The notes: a model not told the origin generated them from the letters alone. A DNA stretch of 64,000 bases from Verrucomicrobiia bacterium (GCA_963664225.1 OY760937.1:1984001-2048000); one strand, 5' to 3'. Shown: positions 1-10,060, counted from the stretch's first letter. Made by a program: numbers and translations.

Positions 1-91
1 CCGCCAGAATGGCGATGATGGCAATGACGACGAGGAGTTCAATGAGGGTGAATCCACTGGAACACAGTTTTTTTGAATTTCGAGTATGCAT
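1..91 (-). CDS. Prepilin-type N-terminal cleavage/methylation domain protein (5' part; runs off window)
   Basis: Minus strand reads MHTRNSKKLCSSG-FTLIELLVVIAIIAILA, the canonical type IV pilin-like GFTLIELLVVIAII motif. Confidence 0.9.
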   Translation of the reverse strand, partial: MHTRNSKKLCSSGFTLIELLVVIAIIAILA

Positions 92-347
92 GGCTACGTA
101 TTTCATCCAGTCCGGGCGGCGATCCATCCAGGCCAGAGCGCCACACAAGTGTAAAAATGGCTTATGGTGCGTATCTACGGCCTTTTTCAGGCTGGGTGCA
201 AGCCGCATTTTGTAATTTCTCCCAGGCAATCCGGCGCCGGGGAAACCCCCGCCTTTGCGGTTGCATGCGATTGATGAGCAGGATGGCGGGCAAAAAACGT
301 TCTCGCAAAAACCAAGGGTTAATCTCAATACTATTTGTTCTGAAATT

Positions 348-932
348 ATGGAAAAGACACTGAAAGCGATAGCCATCAATGGAAGTCCGCGCAAGGGCGG
401 CAATACGGAGATCCTTTTACGGAAGGTGCTCGAGCCATTGGCCGAGGCCAAATGGGAGACGGAACTTTTGCAGGTGGGCGGGAAGCCGCTCCGGGGATGC
501 CTGGCCTGCTACCAGTGTTTCAAGACCAAGGATTCACACTGCAGCCAAAAGGACGAGGTGTTCGACGAGGTCATGGAAAAAATGATCGCGGCGGACGCCA
601 TCATCCTCGGTTCGCCCACCTATTTCGCCGATGTATCCGCGGAGATGAAGGCGTTGATCGACCGGGCCGGATTCGTGGCGGGGGCCAACGGCCGGTTGTT
701 TCGCAGGAAAATCGGGGCCTCCGTGGTGGCGGCCCGGCGCGGCGGCTGCACGCACGCCTTCGATACGATGAATCACCTGTGGCTCATCGCCGGGGCCATT
801 ATTCCGGGCTCCACCTATTGGAACTTCGGATTTGGTCGTGAGAAAGGCGAGGTCAATAACGACGAGGAAGCCTTGCGGAACATGACCGACCTGGGCGAAA
901 CCATTGCCTGGCTGGGCAAATCCATCCGGTAG
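348..932 (+). CDS. Flavodoxin-family / iron-sulfur flavoprotein (NADPH-dependent FMN reductase fold)
   Basis: INGSPRKGGNT N-terminus, CxxCxxC-x6-C cluster, ADAIILGSPTYF motif; ATG at 348. Confidence 0.9.
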   Translation: MEKTLKAIAINGSPRKGGNTEILLRKVLEPLAEAKWETELLQVGGKPLRGCLACYQCFKTKDSHCSQKDEVFDEVMEKMIAADAIILGSPTYFADVSAEMKALIDRAGFVAGANGRLFRRKIGASVVAARRGGCTHAFDTMNHLWLIAGAIIPGSTYWNFGFGREKGEVNNDEEALRNMTDLGETIAWLGKSIR

Positions 933-1027
933 ATTGGTGGAGGCGATGTGGCACGGCATGCGCATCGCCGCATTCGAACGCGCGTGGCGGAGCCAGACTC
1001 CGCCAGCGGCCTCAACACGTTAGCGCC

Positions 1028-2662
1028 TCAAAGCAATCCGCCGCTTCGGAACAGGTAAGCGGGTGTGCAACTCCAGGCGTGGCAATAGCTGTTGATCAGG
1101 GGATCGCCATAGGGCGAGAGCATCGGATTCGCCGGATCGTAAACTTCCCAGAAGGTGTCCGCCCCCGCCTGAACCATGCTGCCCCAGTAGCCTTGCACCA
1201 GTTCGAGCGCCTCGGCCTTCAATCCGCACTTGATGGCTGCCTCCACAAAGTAGTGATACAAATACGGTCCGCCGGGGCGCACGGCATCGGGAAGGTTGCG
1301 CACCGCGCGCACGGCAGCCGCGCCTTCGGACGGAGTGGCGATTTCCGAGAGAATCATCCAGGCCTGCGTGGCCCAGGAAACCTGCTTTTGCGGACCGCTC
1401 ACAAATACCTTTTGTACGGGATCCAAAAAGGCTGAACGGGCGGTGGTTGTCAGTGCCTCAATCCGTTTGGAGTATTCGGCCGCCACCGCATCGGCCCCCA
1501 CTTCGCGGGCCAGCTCAACCGCTTTTCGCAGTGAAAACACAAAAATGGCGTGCATGGCCGCTGTGCGGTCGAGGCCGTCCTTCCAATCGACAAACACCCA
1601 GGATCCTTTCGGCGCCTCGAATACTCCATCCTTCCCGACATATTGAGTGAGGATTTCGATCTGCCTGCGCGCCACCGGCCACAGCTCCCGCGCGGTCCGC
1701 CAATCCTTCGTGGCGCGCGCATAATCGAGCAACAGCACCACATAGAGCGCCGCGTAATCGATGATGTATATATGCCCGCTCTGGGCACTGGGGCGCTCAT
1801 AAATGCAGGATGGCATAAAGCCGTCCTCACGGGGCAGACCGGCGAAAAGATAGAGACAGCGCTTCACCAGATCGTCGTTCTGGAACGTGTCGTAGTTGGC
1901 CAGGGCCTGCAGACGCACATCCCCGATCCAAAGGCGACGGTCGCGCTTCGGACCGTCCTCAAACACCGTCTGCATGCAGTTGCGCAGCGTGTTGAGACTC
2001 ACCTCATCGATCCGACGCAGGGATTCGGGAGTCCCCTGTGGGAGGGGTCGCTGGTTTTTAGCCGCAGAAGATATTGCGGTCGCACGGATGTCATTAATAC
2101 GCACGGTATAACTCGAAGAAATTGCCGCGATTTCGATTTTTACATAGCGGAACGAATATCGGCGCGGCAATTGGATGGTAGCCGGCACTACGTCGATGTT
2201 GATCACCTCGTCCTGCAACCAGGATCGGCTCAGGCCGCCTTTGTAATGATCGAAGGATTCCGCAACTTCGGCGGGCACTTCGCCAAATGTGAACTTGATT
2301 CGCACAGGAGAGTCCACGGTGCCCGCCGCTCCGAGGACGCTGAAAACGAGATGTCCTGTCAGATACTCGCCAAAATCCAGGATGACCGTATCGCCATTGC
2401 GCATAACGCGTTCGCGGAGCGCCGATGCGGGCGAAACCGTGTCCATGCGCCAGCGCAGGAACCGGGCGCTGTCCGCGATGGGGTTGACGATGCTTCGCGG
2501 CATAACCGGCGTCTCGTGGAGTTTGGGTTTGAGTTTGTCGGCAAGCTTGAGCCACCGATTTAGCTGCGCTTCCTTCGTATCCTCGGGTCTCCCCGCACCC
2601 CATGTGAAAGTGGGGGCCAGGGCTGCGATTGAGGCCGTCTGCAAAAAGTGTCGCCGGTTCAT
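1028..2662 (-). CDS. Tat-exported alpha-L-rhamnosidase-like glycoside hydrolase (GH78)
   Basis: MNRRHFL Tat signal; DGPKRDRRLWIGD, TFWE and SYCHAWS motifs. Confidence 0.85.
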   Translation of the reverse strand: MNRRHFLQTASIAALAPTFTWGAGRPEDTKEAQLNRWLKLADKLKPKLHETPVMPRSIVNPIADSARFLRWRMDTVSPASALRERVMRNGDTVILDFGEYLTGHLVFSVLGAAGTVDSPVRIKFTFGEVPAEVAESFDHYKGGLSRSWLQDEVINIDVVPATIQLPRRYSFRYVKIEIAAISSSYTVRINDIRATAISSAAKNQRPLPQGTPESLRRIDEVSLNTLRNCMQTVFEDGPKRDRRLWIGDVRLQALANYDTFQNDDLVKRCLYLFAGLPREDGFMPSCIYERPSAQSGHIYIIDYAALYVVLLLDYARATKDWRTARELWPVARRQIEILTQYVGKDGVFEAPKGSWVFVDWKDGLDRTAAMHAIFVFSLRKAVELAREVGADAVAAEYSKRIEALTTTARSAFLDPVQKVFVSGPQKQVSWATQAWMILSEIATPSEGAAAVRAVRNLPDAVRPGGPYLYHYFVEAAIKCGLKAEALELVQGYWGSMVQAGADTFWEVYDPANPMLSPYGDPLINSYCHAWSCTPAYLFRSGGLL

Positions 2663-2669
2663 GTCGCCA

Positions 2670-2698
2670 AGACTAAAAGACAGCGTGAATCAAGGCAA
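2670..2698 (-). promoter_or_regulatory. sigma70-like promoter, leaderless architecture, for the GH78 gene
   Basis: TTGCCT-N17-TAGTCT then 7 nt to ATG. Confidence 0.5.
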
Positions 2699-2732
2699 TG
2701 GAGTTCTTGCGAATCCATTTGAAAAGGGTTGC

Positions 2733-2798
2733 GTGCTGTTCCGGTTGCAAATCCGTGGCGGGCGATTACGATGCCGACATGAACTCCCTGATTGCAGC
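2733..2798 (+). repeat. ~65-bp duplicated promoter/start segment, copy 1
   Basis: Near-identical to 4498-4562; contains TTGCAA-N16-TACGAT-N6-ATG. Confidence 0.85.
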
Positions 2799-2828
2799 CC
2801 CGCGAATAACCCTGGCTGCGCTCTCACC

Positions 2829-4460
2829 ATGAAAAACCTAATTGCAACCATGCTCCTGCTTGGCGGTCTGCAACTCACCGCGGCTGAAGCCTCGAAGCCG
2901 AGCCTCGTCTCGGAGGGATTGTCGGGCTACATCAGCATGGATGTGCCGGCGCCCCCGGAGGAATACGGTTACGGGGTGAGCCTCTACGCGACCGCCTGGC
3001 CCCTATTGGAACGTCCACTAGGAGATTTTCAGATTGGCCTGGCCTCGATCTGGATCGTGCCCGAGAATCGGAAGATCAACTATTCCCTGCTGCCCACAGG
3101 AACGGTGGCTCGCGACAATTGGCCAGAGCGCGGGCCCAGTTATCGGGATGTTTTTCAAACGATCGAGGGGGGACTTGGCTTCTGGGGTAGCACTCATTTT
3201 GGATCGGTTACAGCCAAGTTTCGGATGAATGGCACCGCCAACGGCTACAATCATGAAATCGCCTCACCGGGCTGGGGCTTTGGCAACACCACTGCGCTCA
3301 AACCTGACGAAATGGGCATCGCGCAACTAAGCTCACGGCTTCTGGTCGCGCCTGACGGACTCACCTTCGCGGACGGAACCTGCGGTGAACTGTTTGGCTA
3401 TGCCTGGATGGTGCTTCCGTTGACTCAAGCCAAAACGACCACAGCGGGACTGCCTGTTACCACAGGCAACCAATCCTGGACGCTTTTCATTAATGCGAAG
3501 AATTTCAGGGGACCGGTCGCCTTTTTTACACCGGCCACCTGGAGTCGCATTTCCCGGAGGCATCCGCCGGCCTTGGGACGGGGACTGGACGCCCGGCCCG
3601 GCCTGGTCACCGGCGGCGCCATCGAAGTCAATACGGTGCCCCGCTTCATCGCCACCGATGCCAGAGGCACCCATTACAGCCGCATCCCGCGTCTGCAATT
3701 CCCCGCCGATGAACAAGGTCGCACCATCCTGATACATAACCTGACGCATTATTCCAAAGACGCACTCTATCGTCAGGTGGAGATCTGGATGGCTGGGGGT
3801 GATGCAGCCTCCGGAAAGTTCGAGGGAAAGGCGTCTATCACTCCAGCCTGCAAAGCTGGGAGGCTATCCTTGCGACAGGGAAAACTGCCAATCCTCGGAC
3901 TTGAGAATTGGGTGGAAACACAGGCCTTTGATCAGGCCACTTTCGGACTGCAATGGAAGCGGTCCGTGCTGGAGCCATGGACCGGTTCAATGCGGCGCGG
4001 CGGTTTTCCAGATTTTGCCCGCCAGGAAGGCAATGAATTGCGGGCCATCACCTCCGCTGGAGTCCCCGAGGAAACCGGCTTGAAGGAGGCGCGTTTCCAG
4101 CCGGCCGTCACAAACCAGTCTTACACCTCGCCTGACAAGGGCGACAACGTGTGGTACAGACCCGGTCCCAAAGCGGGACCTTTTCAGGTGAAACTGGGGG
4201 ATGGCAGTGTGGTCACCTACTGGTGGTATCGGTTCATCGATCAGCCCGCGCTGCAGGACGCGGACCTAAGCCAGGCGGAGAAGGAGCGGCTGCAAACCCT
4301 GGTTGAAAAGATTCACGCCCAATGGACGCCGGACAAGGAATACCTGCCGCCGCCCGCGATGGGAACGCTGGCGACACTCGATGCCTCACTCATAGTCATG
4401 CCACCAAAGGGGCTCGAAGCGGGTTACGTTCCGATTGTGACACGCCAATCACCGCAATAG
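2829..4460 (+). CDS. Secreted hypothetical protein (543 aa)
   Basis: Long ORF; signal peptide MKNLIATMLLLGGLQLTAA at ATG 2829; no family recognised. Confidence 0.8.
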   Translation: MKNLIATMLLLGGLQLTAAEASKPSLVSEGLSGYISMDVPAPPEEYGYGVSLYATAWPLLERPLGDFQIGLASIWIVPENRKINYSLLPTGTVARDNWPERGPSYRDVFQTIEGGLGFWGSTHFGSVTAKFRMNGTANGYNHEIASPGWGFGNTTALKPDEMGIAQLSSRLLVAPDGLTFADGTCGELFGYAWMVLPLTQAKTTTAGLPVTTGNQSWTLFINAKNFRGPVAFFTPATWSRISRRHPPALGRGLDARPGLVTGGAIEVNTVPRFIATDARGTHYSRIPRLQFPADEQGRTILIHNLTHYSKDALYRQVEIWMAGGDAASGKFEGKASITPACKAGRLSLRQGKLPILGLENWVETQAFDQATFGLQWKRSVLEPWTGSMRRGGFPDFARQEGNELRAITSAGVPEETGLKEARFQPAVTNQSYTSPDKGDNVWYRPGPKAGPFQVKLGDGSVVTYWWYRFIDQPALQDADLSQAEKERLQTLVEKIHAQWTPDKEYLPPPAMGTLATLDASLIVMPPKGLEAGYVPIVTRQSPQ

Positions 4461-4497
4461 CGCACCGGCAGTAGTCCCTTGCGAACGATGATTCCCC

Positions 4498-4562
4498 TGC
4501 TGTTCCGGTTGCAAATCCATTGCGGGCGATTACGATGCGGGCATGAACTCCCTGATTGCAGC
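4498..4562 (+). repeat. ~65-bp duplicated promoter/start segment, copy 2
   Basis: Near-identical to 2733-2798; its ATG is the start of the 4543 CDS. Confidence 0.85.
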
Positions 4563-5358
4563 GATCCGAAATTCCTCAGCCTCACGCCGACTCTGGCTGG
4601 TTCGCGCGTCGGCCATTGTCCTGGCCCTGGGACTGGTGCAAAGGGTCTGCGTATCCGCAGCAGATACTCCTGCGGACCCAAAATCCCCTGCCTTGCCGCG
4701 TGTTGTGGTTCCGAAACTGCATGGCGCCATTAAAGTGGATGGCACTTTGCGCGAGGCCGTGTGGTCCAAGGCCGCGGTGATTCAACCTCTTTATCGCAAT
4801 GACGGCTCCGGACGCGAACGGGAACACACCGAAGTGCGGGTTTGGTATGATGACGCGGCGATTTACCTGGGATGGACCTGCCAGGATTCGGACATCCACG
4901 GTACCTTCACCAAGCGCGACAGTAAATTGTGGGAGGAAGAGGAAGTGGTGGAATTCTTTGTCGCCCCGAAAACCCTGACCCGCTATTTCGAGCTACAGTG
5001 GAATCCAGTCGGCGGCATTTTCGACGCCATCATCGAAAACGAACTGGACGAGCGCGGAATGTCGAAAGCCTTTGAGGGCGACTGGACTTTTACCGCCAAG
5101 GGGATGACGAGCGCGGTAAAGGTGAAGGGAACCGTGCAAAAACCGGGCGACCGCGACAGCCTGTGGACGGTTGAAATACGGCTGCCTTTTGCCGATCTGG
5201 GTCTGACCACCCCAAAGGCCGGAGAGGTGTGGCGCGCCAATTTTCACCGATACAACCGCAGCGAAGGCAAGCCCACGGAACTACTGAGCTGGTCGCCAAC
5301 GCTCAATCCGAGTTTTCATCAGCCCAGCCGTTTCGGCACACTGGAATTTGGGAAATGA
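4543..5358 (+). CDS. Carbohydrate-binding family 9-like (DOMON/CBM9-like) secreted protein
   Basis: IKVDG-L-E-W, VWYDD-IYLG, YFELQWNP-G, WTVEIRLPF, WRANFHR and SFHQPSRFG motifs. Confidence 0.85.
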   Translation: MNSLIAAIRNSSASRRLWLVRASAIVLALGLVQRVCVSAADTPADPKSPALPRVVVPKLHGAIKVDGTLREAVWSKAAVIQPLYRNDGSGREREHTEVRVWYDDAAIYLGWTCQDSDIHGTFTKRDSKLWEEEEVVEFFVAPKTLTRYFELQWNPVGGIFDAIIENELDERGMSKAFEGDWTFTAKGMTSAVKVKGTVQKPGDRDSLWTVEIRLPFADLGLTTPKAGEVWRANFHRYNRSEGKPTELLSWSPTLNPSFHQPSRFGTLEFGK

Positions 5359-5451
5359 AGTGGGGCGGGTGCATGACAAAATTCAGGAGTGTGGAAAGCA
5401 GCCATGGCAGTACGCTGATTTTAAATAGGTTTTGCGGCAATGGCAGAACCA

Positions 5452-6468
5452 GCATGCGGGGATCGCGGTGCATTTGAAAACGTTGGGTTCGAGAACACGC
5501 TAAGCCGGTCAGGAGACCGGCGCTCCGAAGACACCGGCATGCGGGGATCGCGGTGCATTTGAAAACGTTGGATTCAAGAACACGCTAAGCCGGTCAGGAG
5601 ACCGGCGCTCCGAAGACACCGGCGTGCGGGAATCGCGGTGCATTTGAAAACGTTGGGTTCGAGAACACGCTAAGCCGGTCAGGAGACCGGCGCTCCGAAG
5701 ACACCGGCGTGCGGGAATCGCGGGGCATTTGAAAACGTTGGGTTCGAGAACACGCTAAGCCGGTCAGGAGACCGGCGCTCCGAAGACACCGGCATGCGGG
5801 GATCACGGTGTGTTTGAAAACGTTGGATTCGAGAACACGCTAAGCCGGTCAGGAGACCGGCGCTCCGAAGACACCGGCGTGCGGGAATCGCGGGGCATTT
5901 GAAAACGTTGGGTTCGAGAACACGCTAAGCCGGTCAGGAGACCGGCGCTCCGAAGACACGGGCGTGCGGGAATCGCGGGGCATTTGAAAACGTTGGGTTC
6001 GAGAACACGCTAAGCCGGTCAGGAGACCGGCGCTCCGAGGACACGGGCGTGCGGGAATCGCGGGGCATTTGAAAACGTTGGGTTCGAGAACACGCTAAGC
6101 CGGTCAGGAGACCGGCGCTCCGAAGACACCGGCGTGCGGGAATCGCGGTGCATTTGAAAACGTTGGGTTCGAGAACACGCTAAGCCGGTCAGGAGACCGG
6201 CGCTCCGAAGACACCGGCATGCGAGGATCACGGTGTGTTTGAAAACGTTGGGTTCGAGAACACGCTAAGCCGGTCAGGAGACCGGCGCTCCGAAGACATC
6301 GGCGTGCGGGAATCGCGGTGCATTTGAAAACGTTGGGTTCGAGAACACCCTAAGCCGGTCAGGAGACCGGCGCTCCGAAGACACCGGCCTGCGGGGATCA
6401 CGGTGTGTTTGAAAACGTTGGGTTCGAGAACACGCTAAGCCGGTCATGAGACCGGCGCTCCGAAGACA
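5452..6468. repeat. Tandem array 1: 12 copies of an 85-bp unit containing a REP-like hairpin
   Basis: GCCGGTC-AGGA-GACCGGC hairpin every 85 bp from 5504 to 6439; on the minus strand it is preceded by GGAG-C. Confidence 0.95.
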
Positions 6469-6577
6469 CAAGTCACCCTATATACTCCACTGGCATTTCT
6501 GGCCTTTTTCTGCGTGCAGTAGAATTTTGTCCTGCACCAAAGTGGTGGCCGTCTGTATGGATAGATAGGAATTGGGG

Positions 6578-7393
6578 TTATTTGGATTTGGGATTGGGAG
6601 TGTCGTCGGAAGGCACACGTCCCGCAACGGCCTTGATGCCGCCGAGGATGTGCCGGAGAAAATCCGGTTCGCTGAAGCTGGATTCGGTATGGCCCATGGC
6701 GGTGTACCACATCCGGCCTTTGCCGATGCGGCGGCACCAGGCGATCGGGTGATCGGCGCCCATCCGGCCCCCCTCGTAGGTGGATTCATCGACTGTGGCG
6801 AGCACCCGGGCGCGACCGCGCGGCGTGCCGGTAAAGTTATACCATTCCTCCGTGCGCTTCCAGTGAGTGGGAAGGCCCATCGTCGAGGGATGTTTGGAAT
6901 CCTCGATGAGTATCGTCCCGGGCACGACGGCCGAGTGATTGGTGAACGCGCAGCAAAACACCTCGCCGTACCAATCCCATTTGTCTTCGCAGGCAAGGGG
7001 TCCAAAGACCGCCCCGTGAATCGCGGCGAACCCGCCTCCATTGACAACGTATTGCTTGAACTCCGCCTCCTGGACTTGATTGAGCACGTCGCCGGTCGCG
7101 CTCAGGAAGACAACGGCCCGGTAGCGCGCGAGGTTGGTCGAAGTGAACGCACTGGAATCCTCGGTGGCGTCCACGGCAAAGTCATTCGTGGTTCCAAGGG
7201 ATCGGATGGCCTCGATGCCGTTGGTGATGGAGGCGTGCCGGTAACCGAGCGTTTTGGAGAAGACCAACACACGATATTCTTCCGCGCGCAAACTGGAGGG
7301 CATGAGCAGCAATAGCGCGGTCAGGACGCAGAGAATCGCGAGCGTGGGAAGAACGGCTGCTCCTTGTGAATTCAATCTCGGTGATGTTTGCAT
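6578..7393 (-). CDS. ThuA-like (trehalose utilisation, GATase-like) domain protein
   Basis: VLVFSKTLGYRHASI, GGGFAAIH, EEWYNF, DHPIAW, GRMWYTAMGH; start uncertain (7393 or 7420). Confidence 0.9.
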   Translation of the reverse strand: MQTSPRLNSQGAAVLPTLAILCVLTALLLLMPSSLRAEEYRVLVFSKTLGYRHASITNGIEAIRSLGTTNDFAVDATEDSSAFTSTNLARYRAVVFLSATGDVLNQVQEAEFKQYVVNGGGFAAIHGAVFGPLACEDKWDWYGEVFCCAFTNHSAVVPGTILIEDSKHPSTMGLPTHWKRTEEWYNFTGTPRGRARVLATVDESTYEGGRMGADHPIAWCRRIGKGRMWYTAMGHTESSFSEPDFLRHILGGIKAVAGRVPSDDTPNPKSK

Positions 7394-7517
7394 GGTTGTG
7401 ACAAGGGTTAGGCCATACACAAGGATGGTGTCAATTCAGAACAAGAATAAAGCGGGTAAGTGGGTTTTGGAAACGATAGCAAGCGTGGCGCTCAAGGAAG
7501 CAGGACGTTAACCCTGC

Positions 7518-9080
7518 TCAGAGCCGGCAAATGCGTTTTGCGGCGAATCCCGAAAAAAGCACGGCCAGGATCAGACCAATCACAACGCTGGCCACGCCCC
7601 AGCCAAAGATATGTTTCACCGTCCACAGGGCCAGTATTTCCAAACCGAAGAATAAGGCTCCAGTAACGTATTGCGAAAAGATGACCCGGCGAATGGTCGT
7701 ATGCGTCAAAGTCGAAAGGGCGATGCAGAGCAGGCAGAAGTCGAGGGAAACCCGAAACACATAAGCGAACGCCGCCCCTTGAATTCCCCAATGAGTCACG
7801 GCGTACCAGAGGACAAGAATATGAATCGGTATCTCGACGAGATGGAGTTTTGCCGTGATATCAGGCCGGCCCAGGGCCTGAATGGTGGTGTAGGGAATAA
7901 AAGCAATCGAGTTGATGAACGCGCCAACAATAATGATCGTCAGCACGGGCCCGCTTTGTTCTCCAATGGTTTTACCAAGCCACAGCGTCATGATTTGATC
8001 GCTGAAGAGGTAGATCGCCGCCGTTAAGAAGCTGACTCCGACCAGCAAAATGCTCATCGCCTTCCCCAGAAGGCGGGCAATATCCTCCTGGTCGTTCTTT
8101 TCGCCCGCGGCGGCAATGACGGGGAACAACGCCAGCACCATGCTGTCTGCAATGATGGTCAATCGAACGCCGGCCTCGTAGGGAATCGTGTAGCACGCCA
8201 CAAGGCCCATCGTCAGCAGGGAGCCAATGACAAACCGATCCGCGTAGATCAACAGGGGGGATAATATGGCGGAAAGCGTCACCCAGCGACCATACTTGAT
8301 CAGCGGCGCGATCTCCTTGAAATCGATGTGAAAACGGTCAAAAAGATTTGGAAAGATCCTGCAGGAGGCGATCAGCAATGCCGCGCAGGAGGCCACCCTT
8401 ACAAGGACCAGACTGAGCATGACTGCGGGGAGAGTCGGTGTATAGGAGGCCACGAGGGCCGGAACAATGACCGCCGCAACGGAGGAAGGCGCGGTGACCC
8501 CGTTCGAGACATCGAATCGCCGGGCCGCCTGAAGCAAACCAACGAACGACAACGAAATGAGAACAACCGGCAGCGATATGCCACAAAGTACGATGCACTG
8601 GCCCACTTCGCTTTCGAGTTCCGCCGGAATGTTGAGCAGCCTGCTCGTAAACAAGGGAATGCTGCAGATGATGATTATGGCGCCCAGGATCCCAAGGGAC
8701 GCCTGCACCGCCACTGCCCCCCAGAATACGCCCGGAACCTTATCATGGGAGTCGGCCGCCAGGTGCCTGGAGATCGAATGCGTCACGGCGCGGCCAAGAC
8801 CAAGATCGAGAATTGAGAAATATCCAACAATGGCCCAAATCAGGGTCAGAATGCCAAACCGTTCCGCGCCCAGCGATTTTACGAGGAACGGAACACAGAC
8901 AACGGTCGCGACGAGTTGAACTCCTTGAGCGCCGAAATTCAAAGTGGCGTTCCATGCCGTAGTCCCTTTTTCATACTTGGGCAGGGCAAGATACAGCCAA
9001 CCGATAAATCCTAGTAATAGGGATTTCACTTTTGTTAAGGAATATGCCTTGCCTTCATGATTCCGAAGAATAAGGCGCAT
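7518..9080 (-). CDS. Polysaccharide flippase (Wzx/MOP superfamily)
   Basis: Multi-pass membrane protein with LG-ERFG, FSILDLGLG, DRFVIG and QALGRPDI motifs. Confidence 0.85.
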   Translation of the reverse strand: MRLILRNHEGKAYSLTKVKSLLLGFIGWLYLALPKYEKGTTAWNATLNFGAQGVQLVATVVCVPFLVKSLGAERFGILTLIWAIVGYFSILDLGLGRAVTHSISRHLAADSHDKVPGVFWGAVAVQASLGILGAIIIICSIPLFTSRLLNIPAELESEVGQCIVLCGISLPVVLISLSFVGLLQAARRFDVSNGVTAPSSVAAVIVPALVASYTPTLPAVMLSLVLVRVASCAALLIASCRIFPNLFDRFHIDFKEIAPLIKYGRWVTLSAILSPLLIYADRFVIGSLLTMGLVACYTIPYEAGVRLTIIADSMVLALFPVIAAAGEKNDQEDIARLLGKAMSILLVGVSFLTAAIYLFSDQIMTLWLGKTIGEQSGPVLTIIIVGAFINSIAFIPYTTIQALGRPDITAKLHLVEIPIHILVLWYAVTHWGIQGAAFAYVFRVSLDFCLLCIALSTLTHTTIRRVIFSQYVTGALFFGLEILALWTVKHIFGWGVASVVIGLILAVLFSGFAAKRICRL

Positions 9081-9298
9081 TCAAGGCCATTGGCTCAATT
9101 TACGATGAATCACTGATTATTAATTATTAATTGCGCGACCATTTTTGACCGAGAATTGAATACCACCGACCACCGTTCATACTCTATCGTTAATGTTAAG
9201 ATTCTTCCAGCCTCATTTTATGCAGAAAAGGCGAATAAAAGCCTTCCCACCAACACAAGCAGAGAAAATTCAGCCACGAGTCCTGCGTTGTCAAATAT

Positions 9299-10057
9299 CT
9301 AACGTTTCAAATACCCGGCACGCGCCTCGGGAGAAAAACGCTCGATCGCATAGCGCAGCATCGTTCGCGGCATGCGCCGACAATGCTTCCCCAGAAATTC
9401 CTCCAGCGCATTCTGATCGCGCTTGCCGATCTCGCGTAACATCCAGCCGCAGGCCTTGTGCATCAGGTCCTGGGTATCGCCCAGCAATTGCCCGGTCAGC
9501 TTGAAAGTGTCCCCATAATCACCGGCGCGAATAAAGGCAAACGAGCCGAGCACGGCAATACGGCGGTCCCAGAGAGACGCGGATTGCGCGAGTTTCCACA
9601 GCGGCGCGCGATCCCCTCGCAGCCAATAGTCACCGGGGATTTGAGGCGCGGAGCAGTCCACCAGGTTCCAGTTATTGATCCGGTGACGGTTATCCATGTA
9701 GTTGCGATACACGGTTTCGCGAGAGGAGGCGTCGCCTTTTTCGTAATGCCTGATCAGCACCAGCAGCCCGAGAAAACGTTCCTCGTTATACGGGGAATCC
9801 AGGAGCTTCGTTCCCTCCTCGAGGGTCAAATCCCCATGGTCTTTGGCAACTTGCCGGACCGCCGGGACCGTGATTCCCAGAAACCGGTCGCCCTCGGCAT
9901 ACTGGCCTTTGCCCGTCTTGAAAAAGCCTGCAAGAAACGCGGCCTTTTCGGGGTTCGCAAGGGCCATCAAAGCCGCATGCGCCCGCGCCAAGCTTGCCGG
10001 CATCGGCCTGCCGGAGGCTTTCATTTTCTGGAGTGGGTTGGTTTTCCTGAGCGCCAT
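9299..10057 (-). CDS. DNA alkylation repair protein (AlkD-like)
   Basis: FFKTGKGQYAEGD-FLG, INNWNLVD, LW-RR, HKACGWMLREIGKRD, MPRTMLRYAIE. Confidence 0.9.
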   Translation of the reverse strand: MALRKTNPLQKMKASGRPMPASLARAHAALMALANPEKAAFLAGFFKTGKGQYAEGDRFLGITVPAVRQVAKDHGDLTLEEGTKLLDSPYNEERFLGLLVLIRHYEKGDASSRETVYRNYMDNRHRINNWNLVDCSAPQIPGDYWLRGDRAPLWKLAQSASLWDRRIAVLGSFAFIRAGDYGDTFKLTGQLLGDTQDLMHKACGWMLREIGKRDQNALEEFLGKHCRRMPRTMLRYAIERFSPEARAGYLKR

Positions 10058-10060
10058 AAA

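Noticed and set aside
2289..2828. N-terminal extensions in the ORF track (also 18754, 34436, 57160)
   Set aside because: They overlap opposite-strand genes, promoters or repeats; downstream ATGs give proper signal peptides.
5368..5395. End motif as a XerC/XerD dif-like site
   Set aside because: Only the GGTGC start resembles a XerC arm; no XerD-like arm follows a 6-bp spacer.
5452..6468. CRISPR array (also considered for 13308-13729)
   Set aside because: No unique spacers: the entire 85-bp unit repeats. No cas genes in the window.
5594..6471. Short minus-strand ORFs within array 1
   Set aside because: By-products of a non-triplet repeat; no start signals or protein features.
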